From Candidatus Woesearchaeota archaeon (GTDB lineage: Archaea > Nanobdellota > Nanobdellia > Woesearchaeales > DATGWN01): a DNA stretch of 60,489 nt. This document shows positions 1 to 9,594 of the stretch, in pieces. Where the stretch lies: positions 1 through 60,489 of the forward strand of contig JBLKOU010000002.1 of NCBI GenBank assembly GCA_047603125.1, given 5' to 3'. Under the pieces are notes generated by a model, which saw nothing but the letters and a program-made list of their open reading frames with translations, was not told the DNA's origin and made no database searches. Every line of letters begins with the position of its first letter. The first letter of the stretch is position 1. A program made the position numbers and the translations under genes.

Positions 1-46
1 CATAAATATAGTATAGTCGTTTATATTTATATATATTTCTCAACAA

Positions 47-180
47 TAGTTAGCGGCAAAAGAAAAGCATAACTCCTTGGCGTAAAATCAAAAATCAGAG
101 CGATTCATGCAGCTCTGATTTTGCAAACTTGACAACTGTCGTGAAATCGCCAAGTTATGCGAAATTAATGTCGTCGACTA
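47..180 (+). repeat. Intergenic repeat family A, copy 1 (~134 nt, hairpin-rich; candidate structured ncRNA or MITE-like element)
   Basis: Matches 23705-23838 with only 2 mismatches seen by eye. Contains a perfect 11-bp hairpin aaaatcagagc/gctctgatttt and a long bulged stem gcataac..ttggcg / cgccaa..gttatgc. Confidence 0.8.
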
Positions 181-205
181 CAATTGACTTTCTTCAAAAA
201 ATAAG

Positions 206-355
206 AAAAAAGAGCACCTTGCAGAAAAATTAGAAAATTCAGTGATTGTTTGAAAGCTTCTTTCAAACTTGAGGATGAGAATCCGAAAAGATGCAACTGA
301 ATTTTCGCGTAATTCTCAAAGTGGGACTCTTGAGCAAAATCTGCGTGCTCTTTTA
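206..355 (-). repeat. Intergenic repeat family B, copy 1 (~150 nt, terminal inverted repeats; MITE-like or sRNA)
   Basis: The reverse complement aligns end to end (about 90% by eye) with 16447-16595 and 55500-55650. Termini are aaaagagcacgcag ... ctgcaaggtgctctttt. Central perfect hairpin gtttgaaag-aag-ctttcaaac. Confidence 0.8.
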
Positions 356-446
356 AAAAAAATTATTAGATGAAGCCTCAAAAATTTCCGTTTTCAAAAA
401 AATGAACCACCATATTTATAAAGAGGCTCTCGTTTCATTTTTTACT

Positions 447-854
447 ATGGATTATGAAAAAATGCTGGCAGATGCTATAAAGCAGGCGCCAAAGGACTCA
501 CAAAAAACAGAACGGTTTGAAATTCCGAATGTAACTGGGAGATTAGAAGGAAATAAGACTATTGTAACAAACTTTTTTGCAATCGCAAGAAAAATAGAAA
601 GGGATCCGCAACATGTTTTAAAGTTTATACTCAAAGAACTTGCTTCAAAAGGAACTGTGGATGGAGAAAGACTTATCTTTATGAGACGGGTCTCACCTGC
701 TCTTATTAATGATAAAATTAACAAATATGTAACAAATTTTGTTATTTGTTCAGCTTGTAAAAAACCAGACACGAAATTAGAACGAACTGAGCAAAAAACA
801 TTTTTACTTTGCAATGCTTGTGGTCATAAAGAAAGCGTTAAGGATTTCATTTGA
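447..854 (+). CDS. Translation initiation factor aIF2 beta subunit
   Basis: The ORF 402..854 translation has an eIF2-beta/eIF5-type core (FEIPNV...GNKT...LKFILKELA) and a C-terminal CxxC...CxxC zinc ribbon (CSACKKPDT...CNACGH). The ATG at 447 (MDYEKML) gives the typical length; 402 is an alternative start. Confidence 0.9.
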   Translation: MDYEKMLADAIKQAPKDSQKTERFEIPNVTGRLEGNKTIVTNFFAIARKIERDPQHVLKFILKELASKGTVDGERLIFMRRVSPALINDKINKYVTNFVICSACKKPDTKLERTEQKTFLLCNACGHKESVKDFI

Positions 855-870
855 GAACAAAATCTTATTG

Positions 871-1296
871 TTATAAAAAAGATTTCATTTCTTGAGAAAT
901 TTTTTCAAGAATATCTTTTGAAACAAATTTTTTTCTTTCTCTATCGTAATGATGAGCGAATTCTAAATCTTGAAATTGTTTTCCTGAAAATTCAATTTTT
1001 TCTCTATAGCGTGGTCGAAAATGCCAGTAAACGAAAGGTTTTGGAGGATTTTTTTTATAACCATGATTCATTAAACATGACCAATTAAACATTGTGGCAT
1101 TAAAAGCTTTTTTACAAGCAGATTCTAATTTTTGAACAATATTGGTATGAAAATCTTCCCATTCTGCCAGTGTTAAGCTTGCGAGATCTTAACAATCTCT
1201 CTTGAGAATAATGACACATCTTCCTAAATATGCCTGATCAGGATTGAGAACAACTTTCCAAAAATTTGATTGATAAACTATCACTTCATCTGTCAT
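871..1296 (-). pseudogene. HIT-family hydrolase-like gene interrupted by an in-frame TAA
   Basis: The minus-strand frame from the ATG at 1296 reads MTDEVIVYQSNFWKVVLNPDQAYLGRCVIILKRDC*DLASLTLAEWEDF...ATMFNWSCLMNHG...FVYWHFRPRY. The stop codon is at 1191..1189, in the same frame as ORF 871..1092. The histidine triad also looks degenerate (YWHF instead of HxHxH). Confidence 0.6.
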
Positions 1297-1355
1297 TAAA
1301 TGTTTTATTGTGTTTATTTTTAAATAATTTACTAAAAAATCAAAATAATTACTAA

Positions 1356-4300
1356 TCACCCAAAAAATTCATTTAATCCGGATTGTTTTTCTTTTTGCTT
1401 ACCAAAAACACCATCTATTCTATTTTGTAAAGCCTCAAGTACATCTTGAATATAGGGATCAATATTATACTTTTTTCCAAGTTTTTGGGATAATTCTAAA
1501 TATTTCACAACAGAACCTTTACTAATAGTGAAAATTATTTTTTGTGAAGCGCACGTCTTACAAGTTCCGCTTATTGGCGGACGCCTGTATTTGGTGTTAC
1601 ATTTGACACAGCGAAATTCTTGTTGTGTATATTTTCGTAAATTACCGAGGGTATCACGGAGAAAATGCTTTTGTATAACTGTTTGTGCAACTGCACTTTG
1701 ATCAACTGCATCTATTTTTTCAGCTAGACGCATTTGTCCATCTACTTTTTCTCGCATTGAAGGAAGAATTTTATATGCTGAACAAGAAACTCCATCATTA
1801 AAATTAGATGTGTCGTGCGTAAAACCCATTCCTTCAAATTGTTCAGGTTTTCCTAAAGTATCTTGAAAAAGAGGAATTTTCACATCCCATGGTTTTTTAT
1901 ATTGCTCACAGGCTTGATAAAATTCTAAAGGATACTTCCAAGCAATATCCATATTAAAGACCATATCATCAACTTCCATGGGGTTAATAATACTTGTCAA
2001 AACCAGTGGCGCATCCATTGTCCCACCTCTGTGTTTTGGTAAAAATTTTGTAGAGAAATTTAACAGTCCATCCATTAATAAGAAAAAGCAACTTTCATCG
2101 CCGTCGCATTGTCTTGTAAGGATTCCATTAGCTACAACTATATTATTTTGAACATTTAAACAATAAGATGGTTGATTTTCTAAAACAGTTAACAAAGAAA
2201 TTGTTTCATAATAATAATCTTCATCCTGGGGAAGATCTTTCAATTTAGAGGGATTGCAATAAAGACTTTGTGAAGCATCTAAAAAATCATGCTTCGGTAT
2301 CTTTAAACAATCACCAATTTTTAGTTTATTTGCTTCTTTTATTCCATCCACAGTAATGTGTTTATGGCGGATTGTTGTTTCTAAAACTCGCCCTAATTTC
2401 GTCTTTATACGAATTATCTCTTGGGGGGTATGTTTTGTAAAATTATTGATCGGTACTTCAGTAATTTTTCCTTGAACAACCCCTAATGTTTTATATCCTT
2501 TTGGCTTACACTCCAATGTTTCAAAATCATCTACGACATTTGTAGGATTGAGCTTTTCCACTAAATCTCCTATTTTTTCTTGTGTCCAGATCCCTTTTTT
2601 TTTCACAGGAATATAAGTATTATAAGTAAAACAGTCCCTACGCATAGCTGCATGAAACATTGGGTGACAATACATCCCTTGGTTTTTTGTAAAACCTACT
2701 ATTCTTCCAACAGATGCAGCAGATGTATGTGGGGCGAGAGCAAAAACAAGTAAGCCAATTAAATCTTCTTTTGTCTTTAAATTATAATATGGTTTGAGAC
2801 TATATAATTGTGAAAGCTCATCATCTACATACCTTGCCACGCGAAATAATACTTCATCTGCTGGTTCAAAGGGTGAATCTAAACAGCAAGGAATAACAAT
2901 ATCTTGTGGAAAGAGTTCAATAACTTGGTCTTCATTTTCAATCTTGTTTCCATGAATATCTATTGTATATCCTAGTTTTTTTAATCGAGAAATAGAAGCC
3001 CCTACTTCGTTTGGTTTAAAATGTGTTATGGGAACTTCGCTTGCATCATAGCGAATTGTTCCATCTTTGTTTGCATATACATCATATGTTTCACGAAGTT
3101 TCTTTTTTAGGGGGTGTTCTGTTATAATTTCTACGCTTTGATTTTGATAGTTACTAGGATCTCTTGTAATTATTTTTTGAGGCGCAACGCCATATGTACT
3201 TCCTGTAGTCTTTCTCATTTTTGCTTTTTCTGGTCGACCCATTCGTGAACCAATAAATACTCCTGCTTTATCTCGAACTAAAAATGAATGAAGAGATTGA
3301 ATAAACAATAGTGGGTTTTTGCGTTCTTTTTTGTATTCCTCTAAACGTTTATGCGCATCTTGATTAGATTCAATAGCTAATGTTTGTAAAAGGGCAAATG
3401 CGTAATCTTTTTCTATAATTACAAAATCAGCTGAAACAGTATGCGGAATTGCTAATTTTTCTAAAGCAGTTTTTGCTGTTTTTTTCAAAATGATTTTTTC
3501 TTGTAAACGTCCGTCATAAAGAGAAACAAGTAATTGCTCAAATAATTCAGGAGTAAGTAATTTCCAAAAATAAACCCATTGCGGGTGTAATGGAACAGTA
3601 TATGTTTTTGAAAGTGAAAATGCAATTTCAGGTGATATGGTTGTTGTTATGGGTTTTTCTAGTAAATTTGTTAGTACATCAAGAGAGCAGTCAATTTTTT
3701 TTACGATTATTTCTTTTGTCAGTTGCTTTTCTTCTATAATTTTTTCAAACTCACAGACCCACCATTCTTGGCAATATCCTGGTGATAATAATGTATGCGC
3801 TCTATCAAAAAAGTCTCCAAAATTAACAAGTACGTCCCCTAAATACAAAATTCGTTTCACTTGTGAGTGGATTTTTTTTGCTAAAGAAATTGTATTTACC
3901 TGCACAACGCTTCCGTCTTCTAACAAAACTGTGGGACCTTCGATAGTATCACAACTTGTAAATGCTGCAGCCTTACCGGGTCGTTCCACTTTTAACTGGG
4001 TAGCATTTGCAATAAAGTTATCCAAAATAATCATTGCGGCTGGATGAATACTTTGCGCAGAAAAACCACTTACTCGACTTCTTCCATACCGCAATCGAAA
4101 TCCGCGCAAGGGGTGGCCAATGACTGGTCTTCCTCCGACTAAATCTGCGACATACGTATATACAGGATAGACGTTTTTTTCTTCTAACGTCTGTTCTTTT
4201 TTTTCTTCTGTTTTTTGCGAGGATTGGGTGGAAGTTGCTTTTTTTTGTATATCAAGAAATGTTTCCATAAATTTCCAATCTTGCATCCCCATTTGCTCAT

Positions 4301-5129
4301 ACCATTTTGCAAGATTTTTCCATAGTTTCTTTGCTTTAAGTGGAAGACAAGAAGAATGAATAAGACAAAACCCGCTTCGAATTCTATTTGCCTTTATTCG
4401 AGGTAAGTCTTTGTAATTAGAAACTTCAAATTTTTCAGAAGGATCCCCGTCAATTTCAATAGGACAATGTTGACACATATAAATAGATTCTTCTTTACTA
4501 GGAACATATTGTAGATTTGTGACACGCTCATGATAATCCATTATTTCTGTATAACAGCGTTCTAATTCTTTTTCATCAGGGTCATATTTTTCAAACCCTA
4601 AGTGTTTTCTTACATAATCGGCAATGATCACAGATGTTGCTGCAGCAGTTCCTCCTGCGTTTCTCACCGGTCCTGCAAAATGCATTGCAAAATACTCTTT
4701 TCCGGAATCTCTTCGCTTTTTTAATTCAATTTTTGTAAAACCTTCAAGAGGAGAAGAAACAACACCCACTGTTACATATGCAAATCCTACGCGAATTCCT
4801 GCTTCAATTGCTTGTAATTGTTCTTCAAACTTGACAAATTTATTTTGTGCTATTTCTAAGGCAATTTGCATGGCAACACGCCAATCTTGTAAGCCATATT
4901 CTTTTTCAAGCTCTATAATTCTCTCAACTACACCGCTGCCATCAATTTGTGGAACAAGAACAGAAATTAAACCTACTACTCGCTCTGCCAAGTTTTTTGC
5001 AACTTTTACATCAACGTGTTTTGTAGGATCAAACCCTTTCTCTTTTGCCAATTTTGCAAAGGAAATAGCTTGAGAAACGTCTGATTCTATTGAAGAAAAG
5101 TACTTTTGTATTTGCTTACTTGTATTCAT
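1356..5129 (-). CDS. DNA polymerase II (PolD) large subunit DP2, intein-containing
   Basis: 1257-aa ORF with DP2 hallmarks: FAGPVRNAGGTAAA, GRPVIGHP, GSRMGRPEKAK, the catalytic HAAMRRD...CDGDE region and a C-terminal CVKCN...CKTC zinc finger. Confidence 0.95.
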   Translation of the reverse strand: MNTSKQIQKYFSSIESDVSQAISFAKLAKEKGFDPTKHVDVKVAKNLAERVVGLISVLVPQIDGSGVVERIIELEKEYGLQDWRVAMQIALEIAQNKFVKFEEQLQAIEAGIRVGFAYVTVGVVSSPLEGFTKIELKKRRDSGKEYFAMHFAGPVRNAGGTAAATSVIIADYVRKHLGFEKYDPDEKELERCYTEIMDYHERVTNLQYVPSKEESIYMCQHCPIEIDGDPSEKFEVSNYKDLPRIKANRIRSGFCLIHSSCLPLKAKKLWKNLAKWYEQMGMQDWKFMETFLDIQKKATSTQSSQKTEEKKEQTLEEKNVYPVYTYVADLVGGRPVIGHPLRGFRLRYGRSRVSGFSAQSIHPAAMIILDNFIANATQLKVERPGKAAAFTSCDTIEGPTVLLEDGSVVQVNTISLAKKIHSQVKRILYLGDVLVNFGDFFDRAHTLLSPGYCQEWWVCEFEKIIEEKQLTKEIIVKKIDCSLDVLTNLLEKPITTTISPEIAFSLSKTYTVPLHPQWVYFWKLLTPELFEQLLVSLYDGRLQEKIILKKTAKTALEKLAIPHTVSADFVIIEKDYAFALLQTLAIESNQDAHKRLEEYKKERKNPLLFIQSLHSFLVRDKAGVFIGSRMGRPEKAKMRKTTGSTYGVAPQKIITRDPSNYQNQSVEIITEHPLKKKLRETYDVYANKDGTIRYDASEVPITHFKPNEVGASISRLKKLGYTIDIHGNKIENEDQVIELFPQDIVIPCCLDSPFEPADEVLFRVARYVDDELSQLYSLKPYYNLKTKEDLIGLLVFALAPHTSAASVGRIVGFTKNQGMYCHPMFHAAMRRDCFTYNTYIPVKKKGIWTQEKIGDLVEKLNPTNVVDDFETLECKPKGYKTLGVVQGKITEVPINNFTKHTPQEIIRIKTKLGRVLETTIRHKHITVDGIKEANKLKIGDCLKIPKHDFLDASQSLYCNPSKLKDLPQDEDYYYETISLLTVLENQPSYCLNVQNNIVVANGILTRQCDGDESCFFLLMDGLLNFSTKFLPKHRGGTMDAPLVLTSIINPMEVDDMVFNMDIAWKYPLEFYQACEQYKKPWDVKIPLFQDTLGKPEQFEGMGFTHDTSNFNDGVSCSAYKILPSMREKVDGQMRLAEKIDAVDQSAVAQTVIQKHFLRDTLGNLRKYTQQEFRCVKCNTKYRRPPISGTCKTCASQKIIFTISKGSVVKYLELSQKLGKKYNIDPYIQDVLEALQNRIDGVFGKQKEKQSGLNEFFG
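2109..2633 (-). other. Mini-intein (175 aa) inserted in the PolD DP2 catalytic motif RRD|CDGDE
   Basis: The extein junction HAAMRRD / CDGDES is split by CFTYNTYIPV...(block B-like LETTIRHKH)...YCLNVQNNIVVANGILTRQ followed by +1 Cys. There is no endonuclease-sized insert. The intein ends in Arg-Gln rather than His-Asn. Confidence 0.75.
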
Positions 5130-5186
5130 TTGACCCCTCTATATTAAATTTGGCGATGCTTTAAATAGTTTTATTTTTTGAAATTT

Positions 5187-5879
5187 TTACAAGTACAAAA
5201 TATAGGATTGTTCTTTTCTCTCAACAATATATTTAATTGGCAATCGCTGAGTATTCATATTAAAAATCCTAAATGGCAATGGTTGTGTCTGTCCTACACA
5301 AATGTCTTCGAGTTGATAATGCTCTCGAACGTTTCTGTGTTGATTATTTCTTAAAATATGCTCATTTTGAATAATTTGGCGCAATGTTCTTTTTTTAATC
5401 CCACAATATTTTGTCGCTAAATTTCTTGGAGCAGCCCCGTAGAGTAGTTGAAGATTTCTTGCTTTTTTTGCGATAAGAAACTCTTTTGCAAAAAGTGCAT
5501 CAATTACTGAACAAGAACAAAAGTATAAGGAATCTAAGCAAAAATTTCTTTGTAGATGTCTTTTTGGCCTTTTTAAGGTTCTCCATATTTTAGCTAAATT
5601 TGGAACCATATGAAAACCAATTAAGTAAAATACTGGATAGTTTTTTTCTTGAAAAGACTCAACTTGATAATCTTTAATTTGAGCTCCATAATTAATAAAG
5701 GATGTTTTTGCTTCCAAACCAAAAATATTTCCATCAGGTGTTTTACATAGAAAATCAGGATCTTTGTTCGTTATAAATTCAGGTCCATTTCTTTGTAAAT
5801 TTTTAATTATAATATGAGCTAAAGAGCGAGAAACAACTTTTTCAAAAACGTCCCCTATATCAGTTGATAATTGAGTCAT
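5187..5879 (-). CDS. Hypothetical protein with possible PD-(D/E)xK nuclease motif
   Basis: 230-aa ORF. The motif DPDF...FGLEAKT resembles a D...ExK restriction-endonuclease-fold core. No family was recognised. Confidence 0.45.
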   Translation of the reverse strand: MTQLSTDIGDVFEKVVSRSLAHIIIKNLQRNGPEFITNKDPDFLCKTPDGNIFGLEAKTSFINYGAQIKDYQVESFQEKNYPVFYLIGFHMVPNLAKIWRTLKRPKRHLQRNFCLDSLYFCSCSVIDALFAKEFLIAKKARNLQLLYGAAPRNLATKYCGIKKRTLRQIIQNEHILRNNQHRNVREHYQLEDICVGQTQPLPFRIFNMNTQRLPIKYIVERKEQSYILYL

Positions 5880-6282
5880 AATTTTAGAAAAAGAATCTCA
5901 TTTAAACATATTTACATGAAACAGAGGACACACACACCATGACTTCCTATGGAAAGTGTTTGTAAGGATTGGTTGATAAACAAGTCATTTTCAACTTTTT
6001 TGGAAAATTCCAAACTCCCGTATTTATTTATTTTCTATATAGAAAATAATTATATATAATATATATGTCAAAATGCTTATATTTTTATTCTCTTTATTAT
6101 ATTTGATTTTTTTATTATTTCTCGACGAGAAAATCTTATTTTTCGTTATTTTTTCAAACAATTTATTTTATTCATTTTTTATTTCTAATCTCGACAGGAA
6201 ACGAAGGGGTGTGTGGGATAACTCTCTTCAAAAACAACACATTTTTAAGAATAAGGGTGTTCCACATGAAACAGGGTGACTA
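5880..6282. other. Candidate replication origin (oriC) with ORB/mini-ORB-like boxes and an AT-rich unwinding element
   Basis: The intergenic region lies immediately upstream of orc1/cdc6. ORB-like boxes are listed in the oriC finding (5880-6282). An extremely AT-rich tract spans ~6030-6185. Confidence 0.6.
6189..6217 (+). promoter_or_regulatory. Best ORB-like (origin recognition box) element
   Basis: tctcgacaggaaacgaaggggtgtgtggg resembles the archaeal ORB consensus (TTCCAGTGGAAACGAAGGGGT-like) including the G-string. Confidence 0.55.
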
Positions 6283-7491
6283 ATGGCGACAAAAAATCTT
6301 AATGCATATTTTGAAAAATATTTAACAAGGGACACTATATTTACAAATAAAAAAGTTTTTTCTATGGCATATACGCCTGAAACAATTGAATTTCGAGATG
6401 AACAAATTGAGGCACTTTCCCATATTCTTGCACCTGCTCTTCATTTAGATAAGCCTTCAAATGTGTTTATTTATGGAAAAACTGGGACGGGAAAGACATT
6501 ATCTGTAAAATACATTAGTGAGCATATGCTTGCTGTTGCAAAAGAACGCTCAATCCCATTACATATTTTTTACCTGAATTGTAAGCTTAAACGTGTTGCT
6601 GATACGGAATATCGTCTCATTGCACAACTTGTTCGCGAATTTGGAAAGGAAATTCCTCCAACGGGTTTACCAACTGATGAAGTTTACAAAATATTCTATG
6701 ATTTATTAGATAGTAAGGAGCAATTAGTTATTTTAGTTTTAGATGAGATTGATCAATTAGTCAAAAAAGCAGGGGATGAAATCTTATATAATTTAACAAG
6801 AATGAATTCTGAATTAAAAAAAGCCCAAGTTTCTATTATAGGTGTTTCAAACGATCTTGTTTTTACTGATGGGTTGGATTCTCGTGTGAAATCTTCATTG
6901 AGTGAAGAAGAAATTGTTTTTCCTCCATATAATGCGTTTCAAATTCAAAATATTTTAAAAAATCGTGCAAAAAATGCGTTTAAACCAGATACGGTTGAAG
7001 ATGGCGTGATTGAAAAATGTTCAGCATATGCTGCACGTGAGCATGGTGATGTTCGTCGTGCAATTGAATTATTACGCGTTGCTGCTGAAATTGCTGAGAG
7101 AAAAAACGAAAAGCGCATTAGTTTTGCTCATCTTGATCAAGCAGAAGAGAAAATTGAGCGAGATAGGGTTACTGATATTATTCAAACACAACCCAAACAA
7201 TTTCAGACGCTTTTGTATGCGATATTGCAGCTTGCCACAAAACAAAATGAATTTATTTTGACAGGAGAAGTCTACGAATTGTATAAATCTGTTTGTTATA
7301 AGGTTGACTTGCGCCCATTAACACAGAGAAGAATTTCTGATGTGATTACAGAGCTTGATATGCTTGGTATTATTAATGCAAAAGTTATTTCCAAGGGTCG
7401 TTTTGGTCGCACGCGAGAAATCGCACTTGCCATTCCTATAGGAACGCGACCAAAAATTAGTAAAACAATCGAGGAAAGTTTGAATTTATGA
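6283..7491 (+). CDS. cdc6: Orc1/Cdc6 replication initiator
   Basis: AAA+ Walker A GKTGTGKT, Walker B VLDEID, sensor region GDVRRAIELLR and a C-terminal winged-helix-like region. Confidence 0.95.
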   Translation: MATKNLNAYFEKYLTRDTIFTNKKVFSMAYTPETIEFRDEQIEALSHILAPALHLDKPSNVFIYGKTGTGKTLSVKYISEHMLAVAKERSIPLHIFYLNCKLKRVADTEYRLIAQLVREFGKEIPPTGLPTDEVYKIFYDLLDSKEQLVILVLDEIDQLVKKAGDEILYNLTRMNSELKKAQVSIIGVSNDLVFTDGLDSRVKSSLSEEEIVFPPYNAFQIQNILKNRAKNAFKPDTVEDGVIEKCSAYAAREHGDVRRAIELLRVAAEIAERKNEKRISFAHLDQAEEKIERDRVTDIIQTQPKQFQTLLYAILQLATKQNEFILTGEVYELYKSVCYKVDLRPLTQRRISDVITELDMLGIINAKVISKGRFGRTREIALAIPIGTRPKISKTIEESLNL

Positions 7492-8936
7492 GTTTAGAAC
7501 AACAAAAAAAAACGATTGCACAATTGTATAAATCGGGAATTTTAGTTACGCCAAAAATACTTGCTTTAATTAAACAAGGACATTCATTTGAGCAAATACA
7601 AAACCAATTACAAGTGCAAGAAAAACAAATAACTGATTCAGATATTGATCCCTCTCATGTGAATGTTTCTATTATTCATAACTATCAAGATAATTTAAAA
7701 GAATATTCTGTTAATGATTTTATCAATCATTTTAGTGTTCGATTGCAAAAAATAACATCGTTTTTGCGCTCTCGTTCAGAATTAGAAGATTTGACGTCTA
7801 TTCGAAGAATTAGTCAAAAAGAACAAGGAGAGCAGGTGTCTATAATTGGGTATGTGAGTGATATTACACAAACAAAGAATGGTCATTTTTTATTAGAGAT
7901 GGAGGATAAAACTGGTTCTGTTCGTTGCTTGGTTTTGGATAGGGAAGAAAATAAGCATTTACTAGAGCAAGTAAAAGATGTTGTTTTAGATGATATTATC
8001 GGTATTCGGGGCGCTGTTTCTCAAGGGGATGATAGAGTGTTATTTGTAAATACTATAGTGACACCTGACATTCCTACAGTTGGTGGATTAAAAAAATGTG
8101 ACGATGATGTGAACGCTGTTTTTATTGGTGATTTACACATAGGTGCAAAATTATTTTTAGAAAAAGAGTTTCAAGCATTTCTTGATTGGTTGAATTTAAA
8201 ACATCCTGATCCTGTTGCAAATGAAGTTGCAAAAAAAGTGCGCTACGTTTTTGTTACTGGAGATATTATTGAGGGAATTGGTGTATATCCAAACCAAGAT
8301 CAAGATTTAGAAATAATGGGTGTTCGGGATCAATATGCGCGTGCAGCTGAGCTTTTTTCACAAATTCCAAAGCATATAAAGATTATACTAACACCGGGAA
8401 ATCACGATACGATGCGCCTTGCTGAGCCTCAACCTGCTATATATAAAGAATTTGCAAAGGATTTAGTAGAGCTTGAGAATGTTGTGAATGTGAGTTCACC
8501 CTCGACTGTTGCAATCCATAAATATGGAGATTTTCCAGGGTTTATAGTATTGGTTTATCATGGGAATTCGTTTTTTTATTATTTTGATGCGGTTAATAGT
8601 ATTCGTCAAGCTGGAGGAATAGAAAACCCGGATTTAGTAATGGAATTTTTACTCAAACGTCGCCATCTTGCACCAACACATGCGTCAGTCCAATATATTC
8701 CTGATGCGGATAGGGATGAGTTAATTATTGACCCAATTCCTGATTTGTTTGCAACAGGACATATTCACAAACATGTTGTTCGCAATTTCAAACACATTAC
8801 GCTTATGAATTGTTCTTGTTTTGTTGGTGTGACTGATTATCAGAAAAAACAAGGAATGGTTCCAGATTTAGCAAAAGTAACAGTTATTAATTTAAAGACG
8901 AGGGCAATTCAAACTATTGATTTTGAACATGTATAA
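7488..8936 (+). CDS. DNA polymerase II (PolD) small subunit DP1 (3'-5' exonuclease)
   Basis: Calcineurin-like phosphoesterase motifs GDLHIG, VTGDIIEG, PGNHD and ATGHIH, preceded by an OB-fold-like region. The ATG overlaps the orc1 stop (ATGA). Confidence 0.93.
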   Translation: MSLEQQKKTIAQLYKSGILVTPKILALIKQGHSFEQIQNQLQVQEKQITDSDIDPSHVNVSIIHNYQDNLKEYSVNDFINHFSVRLQKITSFLRSRSELEDLTSIRRISQKEQGEQVSIIGYVSDITQTKNGHFLLEMEDKTGSVRCLVLDREENKHLLEQVKDVVLDDIIGIRGAVSQGDDRVLFVNTIVTPDIPTVGGLKKCDDDVNAVFIGDLHIGAKLFLEKEFQAFLDWLNLKHPDPVANEVAKKVRYVFVTGDIIEGIGVYPNQDQDLEIMGVRDQYARAAELFSQIPKHIKIILTPGNHDTMRLAEPQPAIYKEFAKDLVELENVVNVSSPSTVAIHKYGDFPGFIVLVYHGNSFFYYFDAVNSIRQAGGIENPDLVMEFLLKRRHLAPTHASVQYIPDADRDELIIDPIPDLFATGHIHKHVVRNFKHITLMNCSCFVGVTDYQKKQGMVPDLAKVTVINLKTRAIQTIDFEHV

Positions 8937-9594
8937 TAAAGAAACGGTGAGATTAGTAGGAACAAACCATGTTTCATTTGATTCAAAAAAGGTTATTTTA
9001 GATGCGTTTTTCGCATTTGAACCAGACATTATAGCTCTTGAATTAGATAGGGAACGATTGCAAGGTTTACTTTCTGGTCCGAGAAAAGTTCCATTTTCAG
9101 CTATTTTTCAACTTGGGGTGATTGGATATCTTTTTGTTTTAATTGGAAGTAAAGTGCAAAATACACTTGCAAAAAAGTATGGCGTTCGTCCGGGTGAGGA
9201 TATGCTCACAGGTCTTGAGATTGCAAAACAATATCAAAAAAAAGTCAGTTTAGTAGATCAGCCTGTTCGAATCACACTCAAACGTTTATCAAAACTCTTT
9301 ACATTTCGAGAAAAAATGCGTGTTGGTATAGATCTTATTCGTTCATTTGTGAGTAAGAAATTTGTGTACTCAATAGGAATTGACCCATCAAAGGTTCCTG
9401 ATGAACAAACAATCATTCGCGTTATTGCTTTTTTAGAAAAACGATATCCTTCAGTTTATAAAGCGCTTATCCATGAGAGAAATATTTATATGTGTAGACG
9501 CATAAAAAGGATACAAGATCAGTTTCCACAAGCAAAAATTCTTTGTATTGTTGGGGCAGGTCACATTCCAGGAATGGAAAAACTAGGGCAATGA
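8929..9594 (+). CDS. TraB/PrgY family protein
   Basis: Motifs LVGTNHVS, ALELD, GEDM and VGAGHIPG. The ATG at 8929 overlaps the DP1 stop; the ORF track starts at TTG 8917. Confidence 0.8.
   Translation: MYNKETVRLVGTNHVSFDSKKVILDAFFAFEPDIIALELDRERLQGLLSGPRKVPFSAIFQLGVIGYLFVLIGSKVQNTLAKKYGVRPGEDMLTGLEIAKQYQKKVSLVDQPVRITLKRLSKLFTFREKMRVGIDLIRSFVSKKFVYSIGIDPSKVPDEQTIIRVIAFLEKRYPSVYKALIHERNIYMCRRIKRIQDQFPQAKILCIVGAGHIPGMEKLGQ

Noticed and set aside
452-814. 120-aa minus-strand ORF inside the aIF2-beta gene
   Set aside because: It is an antisense shadow ORF of a clearly conserved gene and its translation is low-complexity.
3637-5073. Plus-strand ORFs 3637..4047 and 4624..5073 inside the PolD large subunit gene
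   Set aside because: They are antisense to a highly conserved 1257-aa ORF and have no recognisable motifs.
6073-6279. 68-aa ORF upstream of orc1
   Set aside because: It lies in the extreme AT-rich tract and ORB boxes of the putative origin. Its translation is an F/L/I-rich artefact.
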